64,000 bases of DNA, from contig CM068743.1 in the NCBI GenBank assembly GCA_035084275.1, forward strand, positions 136,152,001 through 136,216,000. Reading direction: 5' to 3'. A program made the position numbers and the translations under genes. Origin of the DNA: Hydrolagus colliei. Lineage: Eukaryota. Shown in pieces: positions 1 through 12,616 of the stretch; the stretch's first letter is position 1, and every line of letters begins with the position of its first letter. Below the pieces are notes generated by a model, which worked only from the letters and a program-made list of their open reading frames with translations, did not search any database and was not told the origin of the DNA.

Positions 1-336
1 TGCTGCGTGCTGCACTGTCGGAGGTACTGTCCTTTCAATGATACGTTAACCTCAAGTTCCATTTGTCTGTTTAGATGGACATTAAAGATCTCATGCCGGC
101 ATTCCAATAGAGAAAGGAATATGTCCTTGTGTTCTGGCCAACAGTCCCCCAAATATAAATTGTCACTCACTTCATGGCTGTTTGTTGAACAGAGCTTTGT
201 GCAAATATTTGCCACCGCATTTGCCTACAAAATGCACTCCACTTTCTAGTCACTCCACTCCACAGTGAATCCAATAAATTGCTTTGAGATGTCTTCTTGA
301 TATCAAAGGCACAATATCAAGTACGGAGATTTATTT
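1..336 (+). mobile_element. Old Deu-domain SINE (SacSINE1/AmnSINE1-like), 5' part cut by window edge
   Basis: gtgctgcactgtcggaggt...gatggacattaaagatctcatg...tgtcctggccaa-like...ctttgtgcaaatatttgccaccgcatttgcctaca...gctttgagatgtc...aaggcacaatatcaa follows the Deu-SINE motif order. Same family as 61945-62385. Confidence 0.7.
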
Positions 337-783
337 TAAGCAGACAGATACGCAGCTGCTGCTCAGGCTTCACACTTCCAACTGATGGAAACATCGCTCA
401 CTGGGCAGGGATGTTTGTCCAAGCTGTGAGCAGGAGGATTGTGGCAATACTCTGAAGCATTCCATGCCGAGCTTGGTTGCTCACCAGGAAGTGCATAGGG
501 AGATTCTGGCACCAGGTCCACACTTATGGTTTAAGTCAAATAACCTGCTGAAAGTTACATCATCTCTGGGGTCTAATTTGCAAGGTTTGTCAAAGGAGTA
601 GGAAGTGCTAATTGGAGCTTTTGTTCCTCATTTTTCTTTTTGGCCATTTTTGAAAATGTTTGCAATAATGTGTCTAACAGATAATTGGGAATAAGTGTGG
701 AAGGCCAGAGAACAACATGAGAATTGGAAATAACAATTAACGCTTCACACTCAATTATGTGTACGATTATACTAATTCCTCCA

Positions 784-2510
784 TTTTGATATAGCACCTT
801 ATCACATCTTCAAAACGCCTCACAGAGCTTCACAGAATATACTGTAAAGTTAATTGACTGTATATACTTGATAAGTCACCAGGACCAGATGGGTTTCACC
901 CTAGGTTGCTGTGGGAGATACGGGTTCAAATAGCGGAGGCTCTGGCCATTATATTTCAATCTTCATTGGACACAGGAGTGGTGCCAAGAGACTGGAGAGT
1001 GGCTAATGTTACCCCCCTCTACAAAAAAGGGCAGAAAGACAAACCCGGAAATTACAGGCCAGTCAGCCTTACTTCGGTAATAGGAAAACTACTGGAGACC
1101 ATAATCCGGGACAGAATAAATCTGTAATTAGAGGAATACAAGGTAATTAGAGACAGCCAACATGGATTTGTTAAAGGCAAATCTTGCCTAACAAATCTAA
1201 TATAATTTTTTGAAGAGGCGACTGCGAGGGTTGATGAGGGAAATGCGGTGGACGTTATTTACATGGTTTTCAAAAAGGTTTTTGACACAGTACCGCAAAA
1301 GAGATTAATAAAAAAAATGAGAGGCCCACAGTATTAAGGGGACAGTGGCAGTTTGGATTAAGAACTGGCTGAGTGACAGAAAGCAGAGAGTGGTGGTTAA
1401 TGGGTGTTTCTCGAAATGGAAGGAGGTGAGCAGGGGTGTCCCCCAGGGATCGGTATTGGGACCATTGCTCTTTCTAATATATATTAATGATCTGGACTTG
1501 GGCATGGAGAGCACTATTGCCAAGTTTGCAGATGATACAAAGTTAGGTAGGGTAGTAAATAGTGAGGAGGACTGTAACCAACTGCAAGCAGACATACACA
1601 GATTGGTGGAATGGGCTGACATGTGGCAGATGGATTTTAATGTGGATAAATGTGAGGTGATACACTTAGGTAGGAAAAATGATAGGAGGCAACATAGACT
1701 TGGTAGCTCAATCTTAAGGGGGGTGAATGTACAGAGAGATCTGGGTGTTCAAGTAAGCGAATTATTAAAGGTAGCAGGACAGGTAGATAAGGCAGTGAAA
1801 AAGGCATTTGGTGTACTGAGCTTTATTAGTAGGGCATAGAGTGTAAGAGTAGGGAGGTTATGGTTAATCTATACAGAACACTGGTTAGGCCTCAGCTGGA
1901 GTACTGCGTCCAGTTCTGGGCTCCTTACTTCAGGAAGGACATTAAAGCACTGGGAAGGGTGCAGAGGAGATTCACGAGAATGATACCAGGAATGGGGAAC
2001 CTTAGCTATGAGGACAGACTGGAGAAGTTAGGACTTTTCCCATGAGAGCAGAGAAGGTTACGCAGGGACCTGATAGAGGTCTTCAAGATCATGAAAGGTT
2101 TGGACTCAGGCTAGACAGGGAAAAGCTGTTTCCGCTGGTAGGTGTGTCTGTGACCCGTGGTCACAGTCTTAAGATATCTACCAAAAGAAGCAGAGGGGAG
2201 GTTAGAAGAAATGTTTTTACTCAGCGAGTTGTTCAAATTTGGAATGATCTGCCTGAAAGGGTAGTGAGGTCCGATTCGATAGCAGCTTTTAAGAGAGAAC
2301 AAGATAGGTATCTGGGGAAGACAGGTTTGCAGGGTTATGGGGAGAAAGCTGGTTATTGGGGTTAATGAAAGTAACTTGCTTGGTCAAAGAGCCGGCACAG
2401 ACTCGATGGGCTGAATGGCCTCCTTCTGTGCCGGAACATTCTATGATTCTATATATTTTGTGGGCGAAACATGGCAACCAATTGTACACAATCATGGATT
2501 CAGTGATCAA
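784..2510 (-). mobile_element. tRNA/Deu SINE 3' half split by a CR1 insertion (arms about 784-865 and 2453-2510)
   Basis: Left arm ends ...gaatatactgtaaagttaattgactgtatat and right arm resumes atattttgtgggcgaaac. These are contiguous in the intact copy at 5425-5470. Confidence 0.8.
866..2452 (+). mobile_element. CR1-clade LINE, 5'-truncated ORF2 (reverse transcriptase) pseudogene with 3' UTR and (ATTCTATG)n tail
   Basis: Peptides KSPGPDG, DWRVANVTPLYKKG, PGNYRPVSLTS, GVPQGSVLGPLLFLIYINDL, KFADDTKLG, LVRPQLEYCVQFW, FTQRVV..WN.LP. Stops and frameshifts split the ORF. Ends attctatgattctat. Confidence 0.96.
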
Positions 2511-2602
2511 ACTTTTATCAAGGAATTAATTGCTTAATATTACAAACTAGGTGCTTCAGACTCTCCCAGCTACAAAGAGAATGTAAATTGTGGTGCAATG
2601 AG

Positions 2603-2960
2603 AATAATAATAATATTAATCCTTGAATTTGATATAGTGCCTCATCGCGTCTTTTAGACATTTCAAACCACTTCACAGGATATACTGAAAAGTGAATTGC
2701 ACCCAATTGTTCACAGCAGTGTCCCACAAACAGTCGTTTGTTCATTATTATTATTAAATTATTATAATTTTTATTATTTTTTAAGGGATTATTACCCCAG
2801 AAAAGCAACCCACGAATCGACTAACAACTGGGTTCCTATTCACTGCAGGTAAACTGAGGCGTGTGGAGTAAGAAAACTTGCCCAAGCTTCACTCTTCCCA
2901 GGATCGAACCCAGGTTTCTCGCTTGCAAGGTGAGAATGCTCTAGTCACTGAGCTGCAGAC
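2603..2960 (-). mobile_element. tRNA-derived Deu/L2-tailed SINE, long variant
   Basis: Reverse complement gives A box (agctcagtgactagagc), B box (gggttcgatcc), Deu core gtttgtgggacactgctgtg and an (ATT)n tail. Carries the extra ggttcctattcactgcaggtaaac segment. Confidence 0.85.
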
Positions 2961-3365
2961 TTAATGTAACAACAAATCACGTTTATATAATGTCTTTCAT
3001 GTAGGATATCAGAATGTTTCTCAGTGATGGGGAAACCTCATGTAAAAGAGGAAGGAGAAGGGGAGTTGAATACAGATGTGGTTTAAGAAGTAGGTTTTTA
3101 GACAGGAGTAAAAGATAGACAGAGAGAGGAATAACACAGGGACATAGAGGGAGGGAGCACCAGAGATTTGGGTGTTATAGCTGAAGGCTTGGCCACTGAT
3201 CGTTAAGATGGAAGAAAAAACACTGAATTCTGTAGAGGCTGGCAACTGTCCTCTGGCATTTTATTATAAAGTAATAATAATCCTTACAACAACAACTACA
3301 ATGACACAACAACAAAATTACAGTTGAATTTGCGCTTTTTCACATCATCAAGATGTTTCAATGTA

Positions 3366-3714
3366 CAGTAAAACCTTCATTATCCAGCACCCTCGGGACC
3401 TGTCCGTTCCGGTTAATTAAATATGCCGGATATTCCAGCGGCAAGTTGTCAAAAATCCTACACAAAAAATTAACTTATTTTGAAACATATCATATTAATA
3501 ATAGATCAAATAATAACAGAATATTGTATGGATATTTACCAATAAAGCGTTCCAGCACACTCGGTAAAATGATCAGTAAAAAAGCATTCCAGCGTTCGGT
3601 AAGTTCAATAAGTGCGCATGTGCAAAGTGGCATACCGCGAGTGTCCCAGATCTCCCAATACAATAGGGAGATACCGGTTGGTTGGTTTGGTGCTGGATAA
3701 ACAAGGTTTTACTG
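3366..3714. mobile_element. Non-autonomous pogo/Tigger-type (Tc1/mariner superfamily) MITE, 349 bp
   Basis: 26-bp TIRs CAGTAAAACCTTCATTATCCAGCACC and GGTGCTGGATAAACAAGGTTTTACTG (2 mismatches), flanked by TA at 3364-3365 and 3715-3716. Confidence 0.9.
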
Positions 3715-3811
3715 TACTCCACAGAATATACGGTTCTGTGAATTCACAGAATTTTACAGTAAACTGTAAAAACAAAATCAGAGGTCACTGGAAACACTCA
3801 GCAAGTCTGGA

Positions 3812-4020
3812 AATTGTACATTTTATGGGCGAAACGCAGGAGCCAATTGTTCAGAACGGTGTCCAATAAACAGTCGTGGATTGAGTGGCCAAATTATTCT
3901 AACCTACTTACTGCTAGGTGAAAAAGAAGCAACCTTGACCAAAGCTTCGCACTGCCCTGGAATCCAATCCAGATCCTCTGGCTTGTCAGGCGAGTGCTCT
4001 AACCACAAAGCTACAAGACT
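3812..4020 (-). mobile_element. tRNA/Deu SINE (head and core)
   Basis: tgggcgaaacgcaggagccaattg...aaacagtcgtggattg...ggcgagtgctctaaccacaaagctaca matches the family consensus reverse complement. Confidence 0.8.
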
Positions 4021-5362
4021 TGGTTAGCAAAAATAATATTCTGACTTTCTCACTAATCTATTTTTGTGTGGCAGTGAATTAATGCAAATGACATAGGCTG
4101 AATGTTCAATTTTTAATTGGTCTGAAATGAGGTGGAAGGAACTGGAAGACAATTAACATTGGCTGTTATCTCTTGCACCCAGTTCTGAGGAGGATTTAGG
4201 GACTGATATTGTAGCCTGTCACTGCTGCCAGGCAAAATTATTCTGAGATGTTCGAGGGGCTTTGTTTATCTCATTTTTCAATTAACCTTTGCTTTTTAAC
4301 TTCATCGTAATGTTGGTGCCTGTGTATACAAAAGAACATTCGAAAAAAATTCCGCCTTTTTTTTCATTCTCGTGGTTTCATATCATTATTGAAATTGCTG
4401 GAGGATTCCAGTTTCATATGCATCAAGGACCCAGGCTGAACAGTTTAGATTGCAGGTAAATTGCCACAAATGATAGAAACTGTTGTGCCATGAATTTCTG
4501 AGCAATCGTATGATAGCTAAGGGGATATTACAAGCTCCCTAACTGTCAGTACACAACAAATGGGAACATTTATTCCATTCCATTTCACGTCGATAACATC
4601 AGCTGCAAGAATTGGAACTACTTTCCTGCTACATCCACGTGTCACTTATTCAACTCACGGTTTCAAAACCAGTAATGATCATCTGTCATGAATCCATTTT
4701 ATTCTTCAAGTTAATAGAAATGACAGTGTAGGAGGAGGTCATGTGGCCTATTGAGTGTGATATACTCGCTCCTCCATTGCAGATAACTGCTGTAATCCCA
4801 ATGCCTTGTGCTTTCCCTGTAATATTCCTTTTCAAATGTTTATCCAATTGCCGGGTTTTTTTCCCCAGTGGCTCACGTCTATAAATGTTAAAACAATTAA
4901 AAATGGTTTTCAATCTCTCCAGTCTCTGCTGGTGTATAAACAGCAGCAGGGGTGTGAGTTTTTAATTGTCAGGATATTCACCAATATTGAAGGCAAGTAG
5001 GTCCAGCCATAGCATTGCAATCTACAGCTAAGACAACACCTTGCATTTATATAGCACCCCTCGCTTAGAATAACAAAGACTCTGTTGGATACTGAGCAAC
5101 AGAGGAAGTGAAATGGCTGTCACCATGGTCCAAGGGTAAGTCACAAAGGTAGAGGGAGAAAGGCAGTTCCAGAGGTTGGAGGAGAGTAGTCACTGAAGTT
5201 GAGGAGATCTGGTGAAGGATGCTCAGAAGGCCCAAGGTTGCCAAGCAGAGAGGGCAAGCAAAAGACTCCTAATCAAGGAATTGATTAGAAATTGGTACGA
5301 AAGCACAGTTCAGTTACTTGTCATGCAGGACAAGTCCACGTTTAGCTCAACAACAACAATAG

Positions 5363-5716
5363 TAATGATAATAATAATAATAATCCTGCATCTCACAACT
5401 TTGAGGCATCTCAAAGCGCTTCACAGAATATACTGTAAAATGAATTGACTGTATATTTTGTGGGCGAAACGCAGTAGCCAATTGTACACAGCAGTGTCCC
5501 ACAAACAGTCATGGAATGAGTGACCAATTGTTTTTAAAGGAACTATTACACCCGAACAAGCAATCCGCCAATTGGCTAACAAACGCGTTCCTACTTACTG
5601 CTCGGTGAACAAAGATGTATAGAGTAGGAAAATTTGCCCAACATTTTACCATGCCAGGAAACAAACTCAGGTCTCTCGCTGTTGGTAAGCACCCTAACCA
5701 CTAAGCTACGGGACTC
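5363..5716 (-). mobile_element. tRNA/Deu SINE, long variant, near full length
   Basis: (TAA)n tail at left, Deu core, and tRNA-like head ending ctaaccactaagctacgggactc. Confidence 0.88.
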
Positions 5717-7029
5717 AATAATATGCATTTATCTAGTGTACTAGCCTTGGAGCATTGAACATGGCAGAAGAAGAAAGAGTGACCGTAGTCATGGCAGAGA
5801 GTAAAGTCTTCAGGTGTAATTTGAAGATGGACAAAGAAGGGTCAAGGTGGAATGATTGAGGCAGAGGTCCAGACTTGGCTGAAAACACAGACACTGGTAG
5901 AGCATAGTATTAAGGGAGTCACAGAAGACTCAAAAAGCTAATTCAATTAATTTACCAAATGGATCATGAGCATAACCCATAATTTGATGATTCAGGCAAC
6001 TTGTTTATCAATTAACATAAATTATAATTGACTTATACATTGGTGGATACATTTTTAATATTTGAGTCTAAATCATGATAGACCCTAGTACTGTTCTACC
6101 TCTGCGACCTCTTCACTCACCAATTCACCAGTAGCACCTCTGCTCAATTACCAAACTCCAGCTTGTCCCTCGTGCGTTCTGCTTCATTATTGGAGGTCAC
6201 TGTAAAAATGTAATTTTGTTGTTGTCGTCATCAGCCACTATTCCCTGAAACACTGAAACACTCTCCTTCAATCTATCCACCTTGCCCCCTTGTTCCTACT
6301 TTCTTAAGTTCTGCCCTACAACTTTCCTTTTGAACCATGCTAATGGCTCCCTCCTAAACTAATTGTAAGTTGTTGTTGCTTTGTATTTGCAAATCATATG
6401 TGTTACATTAATCAACCATTTTGATTTCGGAATATCAGTTTGATTTATTTGGAAAATTGTCTTTTTTTCCAACATTCTTGCTTTGGGGATTTGTTAATCG
6501 CCATTAGTGTCTTTTACACAAATCTGGTCAACCAATTCCCAATTCCAGAAGTTGCAAGTAACTCAATAATTCTAGTTTGGCGATTACCATATTTTAAACC
6601 TCATTGTGTGGTTTTGAATAACTAACTTCAAAAGGACATTGATTTATTGGCAAGTGTTCAGAGAACAGAAGCAGGGATAATTCCAGGGCTTTAATGCTCT
6701 AAATCATGAAGAAAAACTCAGAAAATGTCATTTGTTTTCATTAAAGAAATGATTGAGGTTCTTAAAGTACTGAAGCAAATGGATTATATAGGTGCAACTA
6801 TGTTGTTTAACTTTTGCTCTCAGCATGTGACTAACAGCAATCAATTAGTAGAGCATATAAATAAAAAGGGCTTCAGTTTACAAGTAATATTTTCCCCAAT
6901 ATATTTGTGGACATGTAATTAGAGAGTTATTTTGCGTGGAATGGGATTTGGAAGATTATGTTCCCAAATAAGATTATAAATGCTATACTGGTGATGAGAG
7001 AGGCATGGGAGACAGGTTCAAAGCTGTGG

Positions 7030-7515
7030 AAGGAGGGATGTGTAGAGACCAGGGTAGTGAGTTGGAGATGGGAAGGGGGTAGAGGATGAAAGGGCAGAGG
7101 CATCTGAGTGGATTCCCTTGACTCTGGTTTCGAAGAAGTCCAGCCTCACCTCACAGTTGGTGTTAGAGGAGAGGTGCCATCAGAGGGTTGGTGCTGGAGT
7201 CAGATGGTGATGGGGAAGAGGAGTCTGGGGTTGCCTCCAAGGTTGTCTTGGAGTGGAATAAGAACTGAGTGAAGGAAACAGCAGAGCATTAGGATTTGAT
7301 AAGGTCCAGCCAGATCTGCCGATGGACCATTGAGTTGGATTTGAGCCAGGAGCGTTCAGTGGCACACGCCTGTGCCTTATGTGAGTGGAGCTGGCTGATA
7401 CATTGGAATGACTTCTGAGGGGAGGAAGGGCAGCGAGAGTGGTGGAGAGGGAGTTGTGGAGGTGAGTGACCAAGGAGGGGTCATTGTGGGAAGTCCAGAA
7501 GGGGAGGAACTCAAA
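7030..7515 (-). mobile_element. Degenerate L2-clade LINE ORF2 fragment
   Basis: Purine-rich + strand with L2-like segments (ggtccagccagatctgccgatggaccat...cagtggcacacgcctg...gagggagttgtggag). No intact ORF. Confidence 0.55.
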
Positions 7516-7630
7516 CAGCTGATTATAGTACTATTGTACTAGGTGAATGGTATAAATAAAATATCCTTATTAGGTTGTGGAATAGGAATTAACCCCAACA
7601 AATCAAAGGTCCCAACACAATCTATTTGAT

Positions 7631-7689
7631 ACATTTATTCCTCCTAACAAGAGGTTAACATTTATTCCTCCTAACAAGAGGTTAACATT
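7631..7689. repeat. Perfect 27-bp tandem duplication
   Basis: acatttattcctcctaacaagaggtta x2 followed by acatt. Confidence 0.95.
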
Positions 7690-9710
7690 GAGGGTTCCTT
7701 GTTTCTGTCCTGTTAGCTCATGGCTCTGGTGTACAGATAACTTGAATTGTATACAAACAACAAGAAGAAATGAAAAATAATCCTTGGGCCTTATATTAAA
7801 GTGCCTTTCCCATTGCCAAATAAAACAGACTCCAACAAAGAATCTATGATTTGAGTTTAATCCTAATCCCTTTTTTTCTGATTTTATGAGAGGATTTTAC
7901 AACTAACTGCATTAACTAATAAGCATGAATTAATCTGTTTGCAACTGCAAAGCATGAGGAGAATAAAATGCCAAGAAAAGACACGATTCTAAAAACGTAA
8001 TCAAAACACATCCAAAAATGTCCGACATGCAATAATGGAAGAACATTCGTGACTGTTTTAATATGCTTGCTTACACATTAACAAGTAGTTGTGCCAAACA
8101 AAACACAAGAAGACAATTATTTAGAGGATTTAAACATTCTGTGTGGGTCAAAGCTCTACTGAAATTATATTGTTTAATTAAATTAAAAGCAGTCACATTA
8201 AACCGACCTGATTCTTTTAAAACGATATTTAACAGCAACGTTTTATCGTGATGGGAGAAGGCAATGTCTGGATTCCAGAAATGGCCTCAGCACCATCAGA
8301 ATGACAGTGCAAATTGCAGTTCTGTACGCTTACATATTGGGAACAAAAGTTGCCACCCGATGTGATGAGCACTCTGTAAACATGAGTTGCTGTTGTTGTT
8401 GTGTTTGCAAGTTGCTGACACCTGCAGTTACTAAGACAAAAAACAGAAACACCATTAATTTCAGGATGGGTGGGTGGGTGGGTGTGGAGGCGGGGGGTGA
8501 AAAATGCAGTTAAATTAACTACCTCGCCGTTTCTGTATATGTAAGTCATCTACAGATACATGACCCGTAAGTAATGCTGCTTAGAGATGGTACTAATGGA
8601 GCGAGCTCTTTGTGAAGTGCAGGCAGAACACAGCAGCACTGACTGGCGCCTGTGCTGGGTCCCATCATCCTTTCAATGAAGAGTCGGATGAATTGAAGTT
8701 TCACAATAAATGTGATTGCGTCTATCTCAGTTTAGGATCACTTTCAATAGACCATGATGATAACTCGTTCCACATCCGAATAACCTGCTTTCGATCAAAG
8801 GGCAGAAAATGTCATTATGTTAGTCTGATCAGGCTCAGCATTCTGCACCCACCACCCCCATCCCCCCCGATGATGATAATAATAATGATCTTTGCATTTT
8901 ATATAGCGCTTTTCACTTCTTTTAAGCTTCTCAAAGCGCTTCAGAGAATATAAAGTGAAGTGATTGTATATTTGTGGACGAAACAGCCAATTGAACACTT
9001 CATTGTTTGCGCACTCCACAGCTGCTGTTGGGACATTGCTGTATGCAAATTGGCTGCCAGACTTGCCTATAGCCTTCTAAAATTAATCCTGTGAAGTGCT
9101 TTGAGATGACATGAAATGTGTTGTATCAAACGCAAGGATTGTTATTGTTAGAACCTTCTAGCAGACTGTCTTCTAGGTTGGCATCTTATGTAACCCTGAA
9201 ACAATTCCCCTGTGTCCTGCTTCTTTTGCATATCTGAAAAGGAGGCAAAATAAATAAGCCTGCATTCGTGTCAGCTGGATATTTTCTCCATGATTATTCG
9301 ACCAATTGGGATATTAGACCTCAAGCCAGAAATAATAACAATTAGGTCATTTGGAACAGGTTTTTAGTTCAAGGATCAAGAATGTTGTATGTGAAAGTCC
9401 AGAGTTGTGATAATCTGCAGAATTTACCAGTGAAGTACTTTGAAATGTTTTGACATTATACGCTCAATATAAATTGCAAGGATTATGCAAGTGGTAAAAA
9501 AAAACTATTGTGTTACTGGGTTTATAACATTGATGATGTATATTAAGAGTGGCAGAGTAAAGCCGCTCCAAAGGTGCAGGGGAAGGAGACCAGGAGTTCA
9601 GTGATTCAGATCCTGTCAAGGCTGTAGAGGAGGTTAAACTGGCCACTTTTATGGAGAGAAAAGCAACTTGGATTCCTTGTCCTGGTCCCTGTATGGTATC
9701 TTCTACTTCT

Positions 9711-9713
9711 TGT

Positions 9714-9744
<31 letters not shown>

Positions 9745-9750
9745 GGCGGG
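9711..9750. repeat. (TG)n microsatellite running into a poly-G tract
   Basis: tgtgtgtgtgtgtgtgtg followed by about 19 G. Confidence 0.95.
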
Positions 9751-10699
9751 ACAACTAGGTATGAGGAGGTCAGTCTCCTCTGTGCTGCCTCCCACAGTTA
9801 AGTGGCCTACTGAAGCACACCGCCAACAACAACAAAATTACATTTATAAAGCGCCTTTCACATCAGGAGGACGTCCCAAGGCGCTGAGTGTGCCAAACAT
9901 GAACAATGGTCATTTTGTTGGAGGGCAATCAATATGGTGGAACTACACCTCAATCGAAGGAGGCCAGGCTGGGAGCTAAGAGCAATAGGCAGAAAATTAG
10001 AAATGAATATGAAACACTAATAGGGAGAAATTGCACTTTTCTAGATTTGGCAAATTGTTGAATTCAGTCCTAATGTTGGAGTTGTGTTTCTGTAGACTTT
10101 AAAAGAACTTACAGTACCTTCTGTGAAGCGTTTTGAAATGTCTTGAAGATGTGATGAGGCGCGATATCAAATGCAAGTATTTATTATTAGTAGTAAGCTG
10201 GCTTACTGGAAGCTGGCTTCAAATTGCAGGTGCTTTTCAAGAATTTGCCCATCTCTGGGTAGTCCGGATATCATGGTAACAGATTCAATCAAGATCCAGG
10301 TGTGATTTCTTACCACAAACTTACAAAGAATAAAAAGTGGTAGAGAACCATGTGATAGTGGCTTTAAATTGCTAAACTTAGTACTGTAATATGAACATTT
10401 CTTCACCTGAAATACTGTCACGCGGGAGAGCCACGAGAGTTGACAACATATGATTCAGTTTAGCTCAGTTGACAACACTCGCCTTTACATCAGAAGGTTG
10501 TCGGTTAAAGTCTCACATTGGGAATTTACCTCATGTAGTATAAATTGACACACCAATACAGTACAGCATTGAATGTTCTATTAGAGAGGTACCAGAGGCC
10601 TGTTCATGTGGACATTAAAGATCCCATGGTACTAATTGAAAAGAGAGGAAGTTTCTCTCAATGTCCAAACAACAATCCTCACAATAAGCTTGAGGATTG

Positions 10700-11902
10700 T
10701 TGGAACAATTTCCAACTTTGAAAAAGATACTAAGCTAAGAAAACTAGTAAATGGTGTGGAGGATAGTAGCATACTAGTAAAATGGGCAGACACGTGGCAG
10801 ATGAAGTTTAACATGGAGAAATTGAAGTGATTTATTTTGGAAGGAAGAATGAAGAGAGGCAGTGTAGGTTAGATTGTACAATCTTAAAAGGGGTGAAGGA
10901 ACAGAGACACATTAGGGGTTTATGTAAGAAAATCTTTGAGGTGATAGGATAGATAAACAAAACTGTTAAAAATAAAGTTTATGGGATACTAGACTTTGTA
11001 AGTAGGGGCATAGAATATAAAAGTCAGGAAGTTATGATGAACCTTTATAAAACAACAACAACAATAAAATTGCACTTATACAGCGCCTTTCATGTCGGGA
11101 GGACGTCCCAAAGCACTGGATAGTCAGGTCGGGATCTGAGCGGGATGTGTTGTGGGTGGGTGGTGGGGGGAGGGTCGAAGTAGGGGGAAGGGGAAGGAGA
11201 GTGGGAGAGGGGGAAGATTTAGTGGGGCAGCCGAAGGTGCGGTCGAAGAGGAAGGTCTTGAGACCGGCCTTGAAGGAGGAAAGGGAGGAAGCGAGGGGGA
11301 GGGGCTGCGGGATGGAGTTCCACAGTCACTGGTTAAAAACCACTGGTTAGGCCTCAGTTGTGTTGAGTGTTGTGTTCAGTTCTGGGCACCGTTTTAGGAA
11401 GGAATTCAAGGCATTGGACAAGTTGCAAAGGAGATTTACCGAGATGATACCAGGAATGCAGGACTTCAGTTATGAGTAGGGGCTAGAGAAGCTAGGATTA
11501 TTCTCCTTAGAGCAGAGAAGGTTAAGAGGAGACTTAATAGTTTTCAAAATTAGGAGGGGATTCGATAGGAAACAAGGAAAATCTATTTCCACTGGCGAAT
11601 GGGTCGGTAACCTGAGGACACCAATTTAAAATAGTTGTTGATAGAAACAGATATGAGGTCAGTCAGGAGAAATCTTTTTACACAGTAAGTTGTTCAGATC
11701 TGAAATGCATTGCCTGAAAGGGTGTGGAAGCCGATTCGATAACATCTTTTAAGAAAGAAGTAGATAACTATTTGGAGAGGACAAGTTCACAGGGCTATGG
11801 AGAGAGAATGGGTGAGATGGATTTATTTGATTAGTTATTTGCAAAGAGCCAGCACAGACATGATAGGCCTCCATTTGTGCTGTATAATTTTATGATTCTA
11901 TG
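10700..11902 (+). mobile_element. Older CR1 LINE 3' fragment, interrupted by an L2 3' end
   Basis: ISNFEKDTKL (FADDTKL-like), WADTWQMKFN, CVQFWAP motifs; CR1 3' UTR aaagagccagcacagac; tail tatgattctatga. Confidence 0.9.
11053..11326 (-). mobile_element. L2 LINE 3' end inserted into CR1
   Basis: (CAA)n tail plus ttgcacttatacagcgcctttcatgtcgggaggacgtccc (reverse complement of the L2 3' terminus). CR1 resumes at cactggttaggcctcag. Confidence 0.82.
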
Positions 11903-12294
11903 ACACTATTGTGTGCAATTGGTCTGCTGAGTTTGTCTACAAATTTCCAGTCACTCCACTTCACAGGAAATCCTGTGAGACACTTTGGGACGTCCTATAT
12001 CTAGGATTATTATTATTATGATTATTATTATTATCATTATGTTGTCTAACCTTTACTCCAAATGGCTGTTTTCATTTCGTAAGGTACAAGCGAAAAGATT
12101 AGGATAGGAAACAAATGTTTGTGTGTTAAAATAGCAAAAGATCTGTACTTTGCTGAAAGTTCCATTAACACGAGTTACACAACATTAACATATTGTTTTC
12201 CAGTCACAAAAAAATGAACAAAGCTCATCACAAACTGCCTTTTTAAGAAAAAAGTCTACCTTCTGTCTGTTTTCACCCTATTTGTGTAATTTGT

Positions 12295-12616
12295 GGAGCT
12301 CCTGTGGCTCAGTGGTTAGAGCACTCGCCTTACAAGCGTGAGATCTGTGTTCGAATCCAGGCAGGTCAGGGTGAAACCTTGGGCTAGTTTCCTTACTCCA
12401 CACACACGCCTAATAATAATCCCTCCCCCCAAAAATACAATAATAAAATTGGTCATTTCAATCCACGACTGTTTGTGGGACACTGCTGTGCGCAATTGGC
12501 TGCTGCGTTTCGCCCACAAATATACAGTCAATTCACTTTACAGTATATTCTGTGAAGCGCTTTGAGACGCCGATAAGATGTGTAAAGCGCTATATCAAAT
12601 GCAAGGATTATTATTT
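12295..12616 (+). mobile_element. tRNA/Deu SINE, short variant, full length
   Basis: A box tggctcagtggttagagc, B box gttcgaatcc, accttgggc, Deu core, and gtgaagcgctttgag...gcgctatatcaaatgcaaggattattatt. Confidence 0.92.

Larger units (their letters stand above)
10455..12040 (+). mobile_element. SacSINE1-like Deu SINE split by a CR1 (arms about 10455-10685 and 11903-12040)
   Basis: Head tagctcagttgacaacactcgcc...tcagaaggttg and gacattaaagatcccatgg before the CR1; tgtgtgcaattgg...actttgggacgtcc...(ATT)n after the CR1 tail. Confidence 0.72.

Noticed and set aside
8749-8833. C/D-box snoRNA (ATGATGA ... CTGA about 75 nt apart)
   Set aside because: No terminal stem and no convincing rRNA-complementary guide; the boxes are expected by chance.
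12295-12370. tRNA genes (here and at 37888, 47179, 51250, 55156)
   Set aside because: These are tRNA-like SINE heads. No acceptor stem closure is evident and each continues into a SINE body.
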